Assembly: GCF_009914755.1 (NCBI RefSeq)
Contig: NC_060944.1
DNA: 64,000 nt
Direction: 5' to 3' (one strand)
From: the human T2T-CHM13v2.0 reference genome, Homo sapiens
A program made the position numbers and the translations under genes. The notes beneath the pieces are model-generated. The model searched no databases and was not told the origin of the DNA. It saw only the letters and a list, made by a program, of their open reading frames with translations. Positions 23,001 through 35,844 of the stretch are shown here, piece after piece. The stretch's first letter is position 1. Every line of letters begins with the position of its first letter.

Positions 23001-26000
23001 TTGGAGCGCTTTCAGGTCTACGGTGAAAAAGGAGATATCTTCCAATAAAAACTAGATAGAAGCAATGTCAGAACTTTTTTCATGATGTATCTACTCAGCA
23101 AACAGAGTTGAACCTTTCTTTTGAGAGAGCAGTTTTGAAACACTCTTTTTGTGGAATATGCAAGTGGGTATTAGGCCAGCTTGGAGGATTTCGTTGGAAA
23201 CGGGAATACGTATAAAAAGCAGACAGCAGCATTGTCAGAAACTACTTTGTGATGTTTGCATTCAAGTCACAGAATTGAACACTCCCTTTCACAGAGCAGG
23301 TTTGAAACACTCTTTTTGTAGTGTCTGTAAGTGAACATTTGGATTGCTTTCAGGCCTAAGGTGAAAAAGGAAATATCTTCCCATAAAAACTAGACAGAAG
23401 CATTCTCAGAAACTTGTTTGTGATGTGTGCCCTCTACTGACAGAGTTGAAGCTTTCTTTGCAAAGAGCAGTTTTGAAACACTCTTTTTGTAGAATCTGCA
23501 AGAGGATATTTGGATAGCTTTGAGGATTTCTTGGGAAACGGGAATGTCTTCAGATAAACTCTAGACAGAAGCATTCTCAGAAACTTCTTTGGGATGTTTC
23601 AATTGAAGTCACAGTGTTGAACATTCCCTTTCACAGAGCAGGTTTGAAACACTCTTTTTGTAGTGTCTATAAGTGAACATTTGGCGTGCTTTCAGGCCCA
23701 ACGTGAAAAAGGAAATATCTTCCCATAAAAACTAGACAGAAGCATTCTCAGAAACTTGTTCGTGATGTGTGCCCTCTACTGACAGAGTTGAACCTTACTT
23801 TGCAAAGAGCCGCTTTGAAACACACTTTTTGTAGAATCTGCAAGAGGATATTTGGATAGCTTGGAGGATTTCGTTGGAAACGGGTATGTCTTCAGATAAA
23901 CTCTAGACAGAAGCATTCTCAGAAACTTCTTTGGGATGTTGCATTCAAGTCACAGAGTAGAACATTCCCATTCATAGAGCAGATTTGAAACACTCTTTTT
24001 GTAGTATCTGGAAGTGGACATTTGGAGCGCTTTCAGGCCTATGTTGAAAAAGGAAATATCTTCCCATAAAAACTAGACGGAAGCATTCTCAGAAACTTAT
24101 TTGTGATGTGTTTGCTCAACTAACAGGATTGAACCATCGTTTTGAAGGAGCAGTTTTGAAACACTGTTTTCGTGGAATCTGCAAGTGGATATTTGGCTAG
24201 CTTTGAGGATTTCGTTGGAAACGGGATTACATATAAAAAGGAGACAGCAGCATTCTCAGAAACTTCTTTGTGATGTCTGCATTCAATTCACAGAGTTGAG
24301 CATTCCCTTTCATAGAGCAGGTTGGAAACACTCTTTTTGTAGTATCTGGATGAGGACATTTGGAGCGCTTTCAGGCGTATGGTGAAAAAGGAAATATCTT
24401 CCCGTAAAAACTAGACAGAAGCATTCTCAGAAGTTTATTTGTGATGTGTGCCCTCAACTAACAGAGTTGAACCTTTCTTTTGATAGAGCAGTTTTGAAAC
24501 ACTCTTTTTGTAAAATCTGCAAGAGGATATTTGGATAGCTTTGAGGATTTCGTTGCAAACGGGAATGGCTTCATATAAACTCTAGACAGAAGCATTCTCA
24601 GAAACTTCGTTGGGATGTTTCGATTGAAGTCCCAGTGTTGAACATTCCCTTTTATAGAGCAGGTTGGAAACACTCTTTCTGCATTCCCTGGAAGTGGACA
24701 TTTGGAGCGCTTTCAGGACGACGGTGAAAATGGAAATATCTTCCAAGAAAATCTAGATAGAAGCAATGTCAGAAACTTTTATGTGATGGATCTACTCAGC
24801 TAACAGAGTTGAACCTTTCTTTTGAGAGAGCAGTTTTGCAACACTCTTTTTGTGGAATATGCAAGTGGATATTAGGGCAGCTTTGAGGATTTCGTTGGAA
24901 ACGGGAATACATGTAAAAAGCAGACAGCAGCATTCTCAGAAACTTCTTTGTGATGTTTGCATTGAAGTCACAGAGTTGAACATTCCCTTTGAGAGAGCAG
25001 GTTTGAAACACGCCTTTTGTCATATCTGGAAGTGTCCATTCGGAGCGCATTCAGGCTTGTGTTGAAAAAGGAAATATCCTCCCATAAAAACTAGACAGAA
25101 GCATTCTCAGAAACTTATCTGTGATGTATGTACTCAACTAACAGAACTAAACCATCGTTTTGAAGGAGCAGTTTTGAAACACTCTTTTTGCGGAATCTGC
25201 AAGTGGATATTTGGCTAGCTGGGAGGATTTCGTTGGAAACGGGATTACATACAAAAAGCAGAGAGCAGCATTCTCAGAAACTTCTTTGTGATGTTTGCAT
25301 TCAAGTCACAGAGTTGAACATTCCCTTTCATAGAGCAGGTTTGAAACACTCTTTTTGTAGTATCTGGATGTGGACATTTGGATCGCTTTCAGGCCTATGG
25401 TGAAAAAGGAAATATCTTCCCATGAAAACTAGACAGAAGCATTCTCAGAAACTTATTTGTGATGTGTGCCCTCAACTGACAGTGTTGAACCTTTGTTTTG
25501 ATAGAGCAGTTCTGAAACACACTTTTTGTAAAATCTGCAAGAGGATATTTGGATAGCTTTGAGGATTTCGTTGGAAACGGGAATGTCTTCATGTAAACTC
25601 TGGACAGAAGCATTCTCAGAAACTGCTTTGGGATGTTTCAATTGAAGTCCCAGTGTTGAACATTCCCTTTCATAGAGCAGGTTTGAAACACTCTTTTTGT
25701 ACTATCTGGAAGTGGACATTTGGAGCGCTTTCAGGTCTACGGTGAAAAAGGAGATATCTTCCAATAAAAACTAGATAGAAGCAATGTCAGAACTTTTTTC
25801 ATGATGTATCTACTCAGCAAACAGAGTTGAACCTTTCTTTTGAGAGAGCAGTTTTGAAACACTCTTTTTGTGGAATATGCAAGTGGGTATTAGGCCAGCT
25901 TGGAGGATTTCGTTGGAAACGGGAATACGTATAAAAAGCAGACAGCAGCATTGTCAGAAACTACTTTGTGATGTTTGCATTCAAGTCACAGAATTGAACA

Positions 26001-29000
26001 CTCCCTTTCACAGAGCAGGTTTGAAACACTCTTTTTGTAGTGTCTGTAAGTGAACATTTGGATTGCTTTCAGGTCTAAGGTGAAAAAGGAAATATCTTCC
26101 CATAAAAACTAGACAGAAGCATTCTCAGAAACTTGTTTGTGATGTGTGCCCTCTACTGACAGAGTTGAACCTTTCTTTGCAAAGAGCAGTTTTGAAACAC
26201 TCTTTTTGTAGAATCTGCAAGAGGATATTTGGATAGCTTTGAGGATTTCTTGGGAAACGGGAATGTCTTCAGATAAACTCTAGACAGAAGCATTCTCAGA
26301 AACTTCTTTGGGATGTTTCAATTGAAGTCACAGTGTTGAACATTCCCTTTCACAGAGCAGGTTTGAAACACTCTTTTTGTAGTGTCTATAAGTGAACATT
26401 TGGCGTGCTTTCAGGCCTAACGTGAAAAAGGAAATATCTTCCCATAAAAACTAGACAGAAGCATTCTCAGAAACTTGTTCTTGATGTGTGCCCTCTACTG
26501 ACAGAGTTGAACCTTTCTTTGCAAAGAGCAGCTTTGAAACACTCTTTTTGTAGAATCTGCAAGAGGATATTTGGATAGCTTGGAGGATTTCGTTGGAAAC
26601 GGGTATGTCTTCAGATAAACTCTAGACAGAAGCATTCTCAGAAACTTCTTTGGGATGTTGCATTCAAGTCACAGAGTAGAACATTCCCATTCATAGAGCA
26701 GATTTGAAACACTCTTTTTGTAGTATCTGGAAGTGGACATTTGGAGCGCTTTCAGGCCTATGTTGAAAAAGGAAATATCTTCCCATAAAAACTAGACGGA
26801 AGCATTCTCAGAAACTTATTTGTGATGTGTTTGCTCAACTAACAGGATTGAACCATCGTTTTGAAGGAGCAGTTTTGAAACACTGTTTTCGTGGAATCTG
26901 CAAGTGGATATTTGGCTAGCTTTGAGGATTTCGTTGGAAACGGGATTACATATAAAAAGGAGACAGCAGCATTCTCAGAAACTTCTTTGTGATGTCTGCA
27001 TTCAATTCACAGAGTTGAGCATTCCCTTTCATAGAGCAGGTTGGAAACACTCTTTTTGTAGTATCTGGATGAGGACATTTGGAGCGCTTTCAGGCGTATG
27101 GTGAAAAAGGAAATATCTTCCCGTAAAAACTAGACAGAAGCATTCTCAGAAGTTTATTTGTGATGTGTGCCCTCAACTAACAGAGTTGAACCTTTCTTTT
27201 GATAGAGCAGTTTTGAAACACTCTTTTTGTAAAATCTGCAAGAGGATATTTGGATAGCTTTGAGGATTTCGTTGCAAACGGGAATGGCTTCATATAAACT
27301 CTAGACAGAAGCATTCTCAGAAACTTCGTTGGGATGTTTCGATTGAAGTCCCAGTGTTGAACATTCCCTTTTATAGAGCAGGTTGGAAACACTCTTTCTG
27401 CATTCCCTGGAAGTGGACATTTGGAGCGCTTTCAGGACGACGGTGAAAATGGAAATATCTTCCAAGAAAATCTAGATAGAAGCAATGTCAGAAACTTTTA
27501 TGTGATGGATCTACTCAGCTAACAGAGTTGAACCTTTCTTTTGAGAGAGCAGTTTTGCAACACTCTTTTTGTGGAATATGCAAGTGGATATTAGGGCAGC
27601 TTTGAGGATTTCGTTGGAAACGGGAATACATGTAAAAAGCAGACAGCAGCATTCTCAGAAACTTCTTTGTGATGTTTGCATTGAAGTCACAGAGTTGAAC
27701 ATTCCCTTTGAGAGAGCAGGTTTGAAACACGCCTTTTGTCATATCTGGAAGTGTCCATTCGGAGCGCATTCAGGCTTGTGTTGAAAAAGGAAATATCCTC
27801 CCATAAAAACTAGACAGAAGCATTCTCAGAAACTTATCTGTGATGTATGTACTCAACTAACAGAACTAAACCATCGTTTTGAAGGAGCAGTTTTGAAACA
27901 CTCTTTTTGCGGAATCTGCAAGTGGATATTTGGCTAGCTGGGAGGATTTCGTTGGAAACGGGATTACATACAAAAAGCAGAGAGCAGCATTCTCAGAAAC
28001 TTCTTTGTGATGTTTGCATTCAAGTCACAGAGTTGAACATTCCCTTTCATAGAGCAGGTTTGAAACACTCTTTTTGTAGTATCTGGATGTGGACATTTGG
28101 ATCGCTTTCAGGCCTATGGTGAAAAAGGAAATATCTTCCCATGAAAACTAGACAGAAGCATTCTCAGAAACTTATTTGTGATGTGTGCCCTCAACTGACA
28201 GTGTTGAACCTTTGTTTTGATAGAGCAGTTCTGAAACACACTTTTTGTAAAATCTGCAAGAGGATATTTGGATAGCTTTGAGGATTTCGTTGGAAACGGG
28301 AATGTCTTCATGTAAACTCTGGACAGAAGCATTCTCAGAAACTGCTTTGGGATGTTTCAATTGAAGTCCCAGTGTTGAACATTCCCTTTCATAGAGCAGG
28401 TTTGAAACACTCTTTTTGTACTATCTGGAAGTGGACATTTGGAGCGCTTTCAGGTCTACGGTGAAAAAGGAGATATCTTCCAATAAAAACTAGATAGAAG
28501 CAATGTCAGAACTTTTTTCATGATGTATCTACTCAGCAAACAGAGTTGAACCTTTCTTTTGAGAGAGCAGTTTTGAAACACTCTTTTTGTGGAATATGCA
28601 AGTGGGTATTAGGCCAGCTTGGAGGATTTCGTTGGAAACGGGAATACGTATAAAAAGCAGACAGCAGCATTGTCAGAAACTACTTTGTGATGTTTGCATT
28701 CAAGTCACAGAATTGAACACTCCCTTTCACAGAGCAGGTTTGAAACACTCTTTTTGTAGTGTCTGTAAGTGAACATTTGGATTGCTTTCAGGTCTAAGGT
28801 GAAAAAGGAAATATCTTCCCATAAAAACTAGACAGAAGCATTCTCAGAAACTTGTTTGTGATGTGTGCCCTCTACTGACAGAGTTGAACCTTTCTTTGCA
28901 AAGAGCAGTTTTGAAACACTCTTTTTGTAGAATCTGCAAGAGGATATTTGGATAGCTTTGAGGATTTCTTGGGAAACGGGAATGTCTTCAGATAAACTCT

Positions 29001-32000
29001 AGACAGAAGCATTCTCAGAAACTTCTTTGGGATGTTTCAATTGAAGTCACAGTGTTGAACATTCCCTTTCACAGAGCAGGTTTGAAACACTCTTTTTGTA
29101 GTGTCTATAAGTGAACATTTGGCGTGCTTTCAGGCCTAACGTGAAAAAGGAAATATCTTCCCATAAAAACTAGACAGAAGCATTCTCAGAAACCTGTTCG
29201 TGATGTGTCCCCTCTACTGACAGAGTTGAACCTTTCTTTGCAAAGAGCAGCTTTGAAACACTCTTTTTGTAGAATCTGCAAGAGGATATTTGGACAGCTT
29301 GGAGGATTTCGTTGGAAACGGGTATGTCTTCAGATAAACTCTAGACAGAAGCATTCTCAGAAACTTCTTTGGGATGTTGCATTCAAGTCACAGAGTAGAA
29401 CATTCCCATTCATAGAGCAGATTTGAAACACTCTTTTTGTAGTATCTGGAAGTGGACATTTGGAGCGCTTTCAGGCCTATGTTGAAAAAGGAAATATCTT
29501 CCCATAAAAACTAGACGGAAGCATTCTCAGAAACTTATTTGTGATGTGTTTGCTCAACTAACAGGATTGGACCATCGTTTTGAAGGAGCAGTTTTGAAAC
29601 ACTGTTTTCGTGGAATCTGCAAGTGGATATTTGGCTAGCTTTGAGGATTTCGTTGGAAACGGGATTACATATAAAAAGGAGACAGCAGCATTCTCAGAAA
29701 CTTCTTTGTGATGTCTGCATTCAATTCACAGAGTTGAGCATTCCCTTTCATAGAGCAGGTTGGAAACACTCTTTTTCTAGTATCTGGATGAGGACATTTG
29801 GAGCGCTTTCAGGCGTATGGTGAAAAAGGAAATATCTTCCCGTAAAAACTAGACAGAAGCATTCTCAGAAGTTTATTTGTGATGTGTGCCCTCAACTAAC
29901 AGAGTTGAACCTTTCTTTTGATAGAGCAGTTTTGAAACACTCTTTTTGTAAAATCTGCAAGAGGATATTTGGATAGCTTTGAGGATTTCGTTGCAAACGG
30001 GAATGGCTTCATATAAACTCTAGACAGAAGCATTCTCAGAAACTTCGTTGGGATGTTTCGATTGAAGTCTCAGTGTTGAACATTCCCTTTTATAGAGCAG
30101 GTTGGAAACACTCTTTCTGCATTCCCTGGAAGTGGACATTTGGAGCGCTTTCAGGACGACGGTGAAAATGGAAATATCTTCCAAGAAAATCTAGATAGAA
30201 GCAACGTCAGAAACTTTTATGTGATGGATCTACTCAGCTAACAGAGTTGAACCTTTCTTTTGAGAGAGCAGTTTTGCAACACTCTTTTTGTGGAATATGC
30301 AAGTGGATATTAGGGCAGCTTTGAGGATTTCGTTGGAAACGGGAATACATGTAAAAAGCAGACAGCAGCATTCTCAGAAACTTCTTTGTGATGTTTGCAT
30401 TGAAGTCACAGAGTTGAACATTCCCTTTGAGAGAGCAGGTTTGAAACACGCCTTTTGTCATATCTGGAAGTGTCCATTCGGAGCGCATTCAGGCTTGTGT
30501 TGAAAAAGGAAATATCCTCCCATAAAAACTAGACAGAAGCATTCTCAGAAACTTATTTGTGATGTATGTACTCAACTAACAGAACTAAACCATCGTTTTG
30601 AAGGAGCAGTTTTGAAACACTCTTTTTGCGGAATCTGCAAGTGGATATTTGGCTAGCTGGGAGGATTTCGTTGGAAACGGGATTACATACAAAAAGCAGA
30701 GAGCAGCATTCTCAGAAACTTCTTTGTGATGTTTGCATTCAAGTCACAGAGTTGAACATTTCCTTTCATAGAGCAGGTTTGAAACACTCTTTTTGTAGTA
30801 TCTGGATGTGGACATTTGGATCGCTTTCAGGCCTATGGTGAAAAAGGAAATATCTTCCCATGAAAACTAGACAGAAGCATTCTCAGAAACTTATTTGTGA
30901 TGTGTGCCCTCAACTGACAGTGTTGAACCTTTGTTTTGATAGAGCAGTTCTGAAACACACTTTTTGTAAAATCTGCAAGAGGATATTTGGATAGCTTTGA
31001 GGATTTCGTTGGAAACGGGAATGTCTTCATGTAAACTCTAGACAGAAGCATTCTCAGAAACTGCTTTGGGATGTTTCAATTGAAGTCCCAGTGTTGAACA
31101 TTCCCTTTCATAGAGCAGGTTTGAAACACTCTTTTTGTACTATCTGGAAGTGGACATTTGGAGCGCTTTCAGGTCTACGGTGAAAAAGGAGATATCTTCC
31201 AATAAAAACTAGATAGAAGCAATGTCAGAACTTTTTTCATGATGTATCTACTCAGCAAACAGAGTTGAACCTTTCTTTTGAGAGAGCAGTTTTGAAACAC
31301 TCTTTTTGTGGAATATGCAAGTGGGTATTAGGCCAGCTTGGAGGATTTCGTTGGAAACGGGAATACGTATAAAAAGCAGACAGCAGCATTGTCAGAAACT
31401 ACTTTGTGATGTTTGCATTCAAGTCACAGAATTGAACACTCCCTTTCACAGAGCAGGTTTGAAACACTCTTTTTGTAGTGTCTGTAAGTGAACATTTGGA
31501 TTGCTTTCAGGCCTAAGGTGAAAAAGGAAATATCTTCCCATAAAAACTAGACAGAAGCATTCTCAGAAACTTGTTTGTGATGTGTGCCCTCTACTGACAG
31601 AGTTGAACCTTTCTTTGCAAAGAGCAGTTTTGAAACACTCTTTTTGTAGAATCTGCAAGAGGATATTTGGATAGCTTTGAGGATTTCTTGGGAAACGGGA
31701 ATGTCTTCAGATAAACTCTAGACAGAAGCATTCTCAGAAACTTCTTTGGGATGTTTCAATTGAAGTCACAGTGTTGAACATTCCCTTTCACAGAGCAGGT
31801 TTGAAACACTCTTTTTGTAGTGTCTATAAGTGAACATTTGGCGTGCTTTCAGGCCTAACGTGAAAAAGGAAATATCTTCCCATAAAAACTAGACAGAAGC
31901 ATTCTCAGAAACTTGTTCTTGATGTGTCCCCTCTACTGACAGAGTTGAACCTTTCTTTGCAAAGAGCAGCTTTGAAACACTCTTTTTGTAGAATCTGCAA

Positions 32001-35000
32001 GAGGATATTTGGATAGCTTGGAGGATTTCGTTGGAAACGGGTATGTCTTCAGATAAACTCTAGACAGAAGCATTCTCAGAAACTTCTTTGGGATGTTGCA
32101 TTCAAGTCACAGAGTAGAACATTCCCATTCATAGAGCAGATTTGAAACACTCTTTTTGTAGTATCTGGAAGTGGACATTTGGAGCGCTTTCAGGCCTATG
32201 TTGAAAAAGGAAATATCTTCCCATAAAAACTAGACGGAAGCATTCTCAGAAACTTATTTGTGATGTGTTTGCTCAACTAACAGGATTGAACCATCGTTTT
32301 GAAGGAGCAGTTTTGAAACACTGTTTTCGTGGAATCTGCAAGTGGATATTTGGCTAGCTTTGAGGATTTCGTTGGAAACGGGATTACATATAAAAAGGAG
32401 ACAGCAGCATTCTCAGAAACTTCTTTGTGATGTCTGCATTCAATTCACAGAGTTGAGCATTCCCTTTCATAGAGCAGGTTGGAAACACTCTTTTTGTAGT
32501 ATCTGGATGAGGACATTTGGAGCGCTTTCAGGCGTATGGTGAAAAAGGAAATATCTTCCCGTAAAAACTAGACAGAAGCATTCTCAGAAGTTTATTTGTG
32601 ATGTGTGCCCTCAACTAACAGAGTTGAACCTTTCTTTTGATAGAGCAGTTTTGAAACACTCTTTTTGTAAAATCTGCAAGAGGATATTTGGATAGCTTTG
32701 AGGATTTCGTTGCAAACGGGAATGGCTTCATATAAACTCTAGACAGAAGCATTCTCAGAAACTTCGTTGGGATGTTTCGATTGAAGTCCCAGTGTTGAAC
32801 ATTCCCTTTTATAGAGCAGGTTGGAAACACTCTTTCTGCATTCCCTGGAAGTGGACATTTGGAGCGCTTTCAGGACGACGGTGAAAATGGAAATATCTTC
32901 CAAGAAAATCTAGATAGAAGCAATGTCAGAAACTTTTATGTGATGGATCTACTCAGCTAACAGAGTTGAACCTTTCTTTTGAGAGAGCAGTTTTGCAACA
33001 CTCTTTTTGTGGAATATGCAAGTGGATATTAGGGCAGCTTTGAGGATTTCGTTGGAAACGGGAATACATGTAAAAAGCAGACAGCAGCATTCTCAGAAAC
33101 TTCTTTGTGATGTTTGCATTGAAGTCACAGAGTTGAACATTCCCTTTGAGAGAGCAGGTTTGAAACACGCCTTTTGTCATATCTGGAAGTGTCCATTCGG
33201 AGCGCATTCAGGCTTGTGTTGAAAAAGGAAATATCCTCCCATAAAAACTAGACAGAAGCATTCTCAGAAACTTATCTGTGATGTATGTACTCAACTAACA
33301 GAACTAAACCATCGTTTTGAAGGAGCAGTTTTGAAACACTCTTTTTGCGGAATCTGCAAGTGGATATTTGGCTAGCTGGGAGGATTTCGTTGGAAACGGG
33401 ATTACATACAAAAAGCAGACAGCAGCATTCTCAGAAACTTCTTTGTGATGTTTGCATTCAAGTCACAGAGTTGAACATTCCCTTTCATAGAGCAGGTTTG
33501 AAACACTCTTTTTGTAGTATCTGGATGTGGACATTTGGATCGCTTTCAGGCCTATGGTGAAAAAGGAAATATCTTCCCATGAAAACTAGACAGAAGCATT
33601 CTCAGAAACTTATTTGTGATGTGTGCCCTCAACTGACAGTGTTGAACCTTTGTTTTGATAGAGCAGTTCTGAAACACACTTTTTGTAAAATCTGCAAGAG
33701 GATATTTGGATAGCTTTGAGGATTTCGTTGGAAACGGGAATGTCTTCATGTAAACTCTAGACAGAAGCATTCTCAGAAACTGCTTTGGGATGTTTCAATT
33801 GAAGTCCCAGTGTTGAACATTCCCTTTCATAGAGCAGGTTTGAAACACTCTTTTTGTACTATCTGGAAGTGGACATTTGGAGCGCTTTCAGGTCTACGGT
33901 GAAAAAGGAGATATCTTCCAATAAAAACTAGATAGAAGCAATGTCAGAACTTTTTTCATGATGTATCTACTCAGCAAACAGAGTTGAACCTTTCTTTTGA
34001 GAGAGCAGTTTTGAAACACTCTTTTTGTGGAATATGCAAGTGGGTATTAGGCCAGCTTGGAGGATTTCGTTGGAAACGGGAATACGTATAAAAAGCAGAC
34101 AGCAGCATTGTCAGAAACTACATTGTGATGTTTGCATTCAAGTCACAGAATTGAACACTCCCTTTCACAGAGCAGGTTTGAAACACTCTTTTTGTAGTGT
34201 CTGTAAGTGAACATTTGGATTGCTTTCAGGCCTAAGGTGAAAAAGGAAATATCTTCCCATAAAAACTAGACAGAAGCATTCTCAGAAACTTGTTTGTGAT
34301 GTGTGCCCTCTACTGACAGAGTTGAACCTTTCTTTGCAAAGAGCAGTTTTGAAACACCCTTTTTGTAGAATCTGCAAGAGGATATTTGGATAGCTTTGAG
34401 GATTTCTTGGGAAACGGGAATGTCTTCAGATAAACTCTAGACAGAAGCATTCTCAGAAACTTCTTTGGGATGTTTCAATTGAAGTCACAGTGTTGAACAT
34501 TCCCTTTCACAGAGCAGGTTTGAAACACTCTTTTTGTAGTGTCTATAAGTGAACATTTGGCGTGCTTTCAGGCGTAACGTGAAAAAGGAAATATCTTCCC
34601 ATAAAAACTAGACAGAAGCATTCTCAGAAACTTGTTCTTGATGTGTCCCCTCTACTGACAGAGTTGAACCTTTCTTTGCAAAGAGCAGCTTTGAAACACA
34701 CTTTTTGTAGAATCTGCAAGAGGATATTTGGATAGCTTGGAGGATTTCGTTGGAAACGGGTATGTCTTCAGATAAACTCTAGACAGAAGCATTCTCAGAA
34801 ACTTCTTTGGGATGTTGCATTCAAGTCACAGAGTAGAACATTCCCATTCATAGAGCAGATTTGAAACACTCTTTTTGTAGTATCTGGAAGTGGACATTTG
34901 GAGCGCTTTCAGGCCTATGTTGAAAAAGGAAATATCTTCCCATAAAAACTAGACGGAAGCATTCTCAGAAACTTATTTGTGATGTGTTTGCTCAACTAAC

Positions 35001-35832
35001 AGGATTGAACCATCGTTTTGAAGGAGCAGTTTTGAAACACTGTTTTCGTGGAATCTGCAAGTGGATATTTGGCTAGCTTTGAGGATTTCGTTGGAAACGG
35101 GATTACATATAAAAAGGAGACAGCAGCATTCTCAGAAACTTCTTTGTGATGTCTGCATTCAATTCACAGAGTTGAGCATTCCCTTTCATAGAGCAGGTTG
35201 GAAACACTCTTTTTGTAGTATCTGGATGAGGACATTTGGAGCGCTTTCAGGCGTATGGTGAAAAAGGAAATATCTTCCCGTAAAAACTAGACAGAAGCAT
35301 TCTCAGAAGTTTATTTGTGATGTGTGCCCTCAACTAACAGAGTTGAACCTTTCTTTTGATAGAGCAGTTTTGAAACACTCTTTTTGTAAAATCTGCAAGA
35401 GGATATTTGGATAGCTTTGAGGATTTCGTTGCAAACGGGAATGGCTTCATATAAACTCTAGACAGAAGCATTCTCAGAAACTTCGTTGGGATGTTTCGAT
35501 TGAAGTCCCAGTGTTGAACACTCCTTTTTATAGAGCAGGTTGGAAACACTCTTTCTGCATTCCCTGGAAGTGGACATTTGGAGCGCTTTCAGGACGACGG
35601 TGAAAATGGAAATATCTTCCAATAAAATCTAGATAGAAGCAACGTCAGAAACTTTTATGTGATGGATCTACTCAGCTAACAGAGTTGAACCTTTCTTTTG
35701 AGAGAGCAGTTTTGCAACACTCTTTTTGTGGAATATGCAAGTGGATATTAGGGCAGCTTTGAGGATTTCGTTGGAAACGGGAATACATGTAAAAAGCAGA
35801 CAGCAGCATTCTCAGAAACTTCTTTGTGATGT

Positions 35833-35844
35833 TTGCATTTGCAT
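35833..35844 (+). repeat. 6-bp tandem micro-duplication (ttgcat x2) giving a 2725-bp HOR unit
   Basis: gtttgcatttgcattgaag versus canonical gtttgcattgaag. Anchor spacing 35061 to 37786 is 2725 bp. Confidence 0.95.

Noticed and set aside
25453-25641. Extra ORF MKHPKAVSENASVQSL... present only in some units (likewise MSPLLTELNL... at 15610, 29205, 60813)
   Set aside because: Each results from a single SNP removing a stop codon (tctaga>tctgga; ggatag>ggacag). They serve only as haplotype markers.
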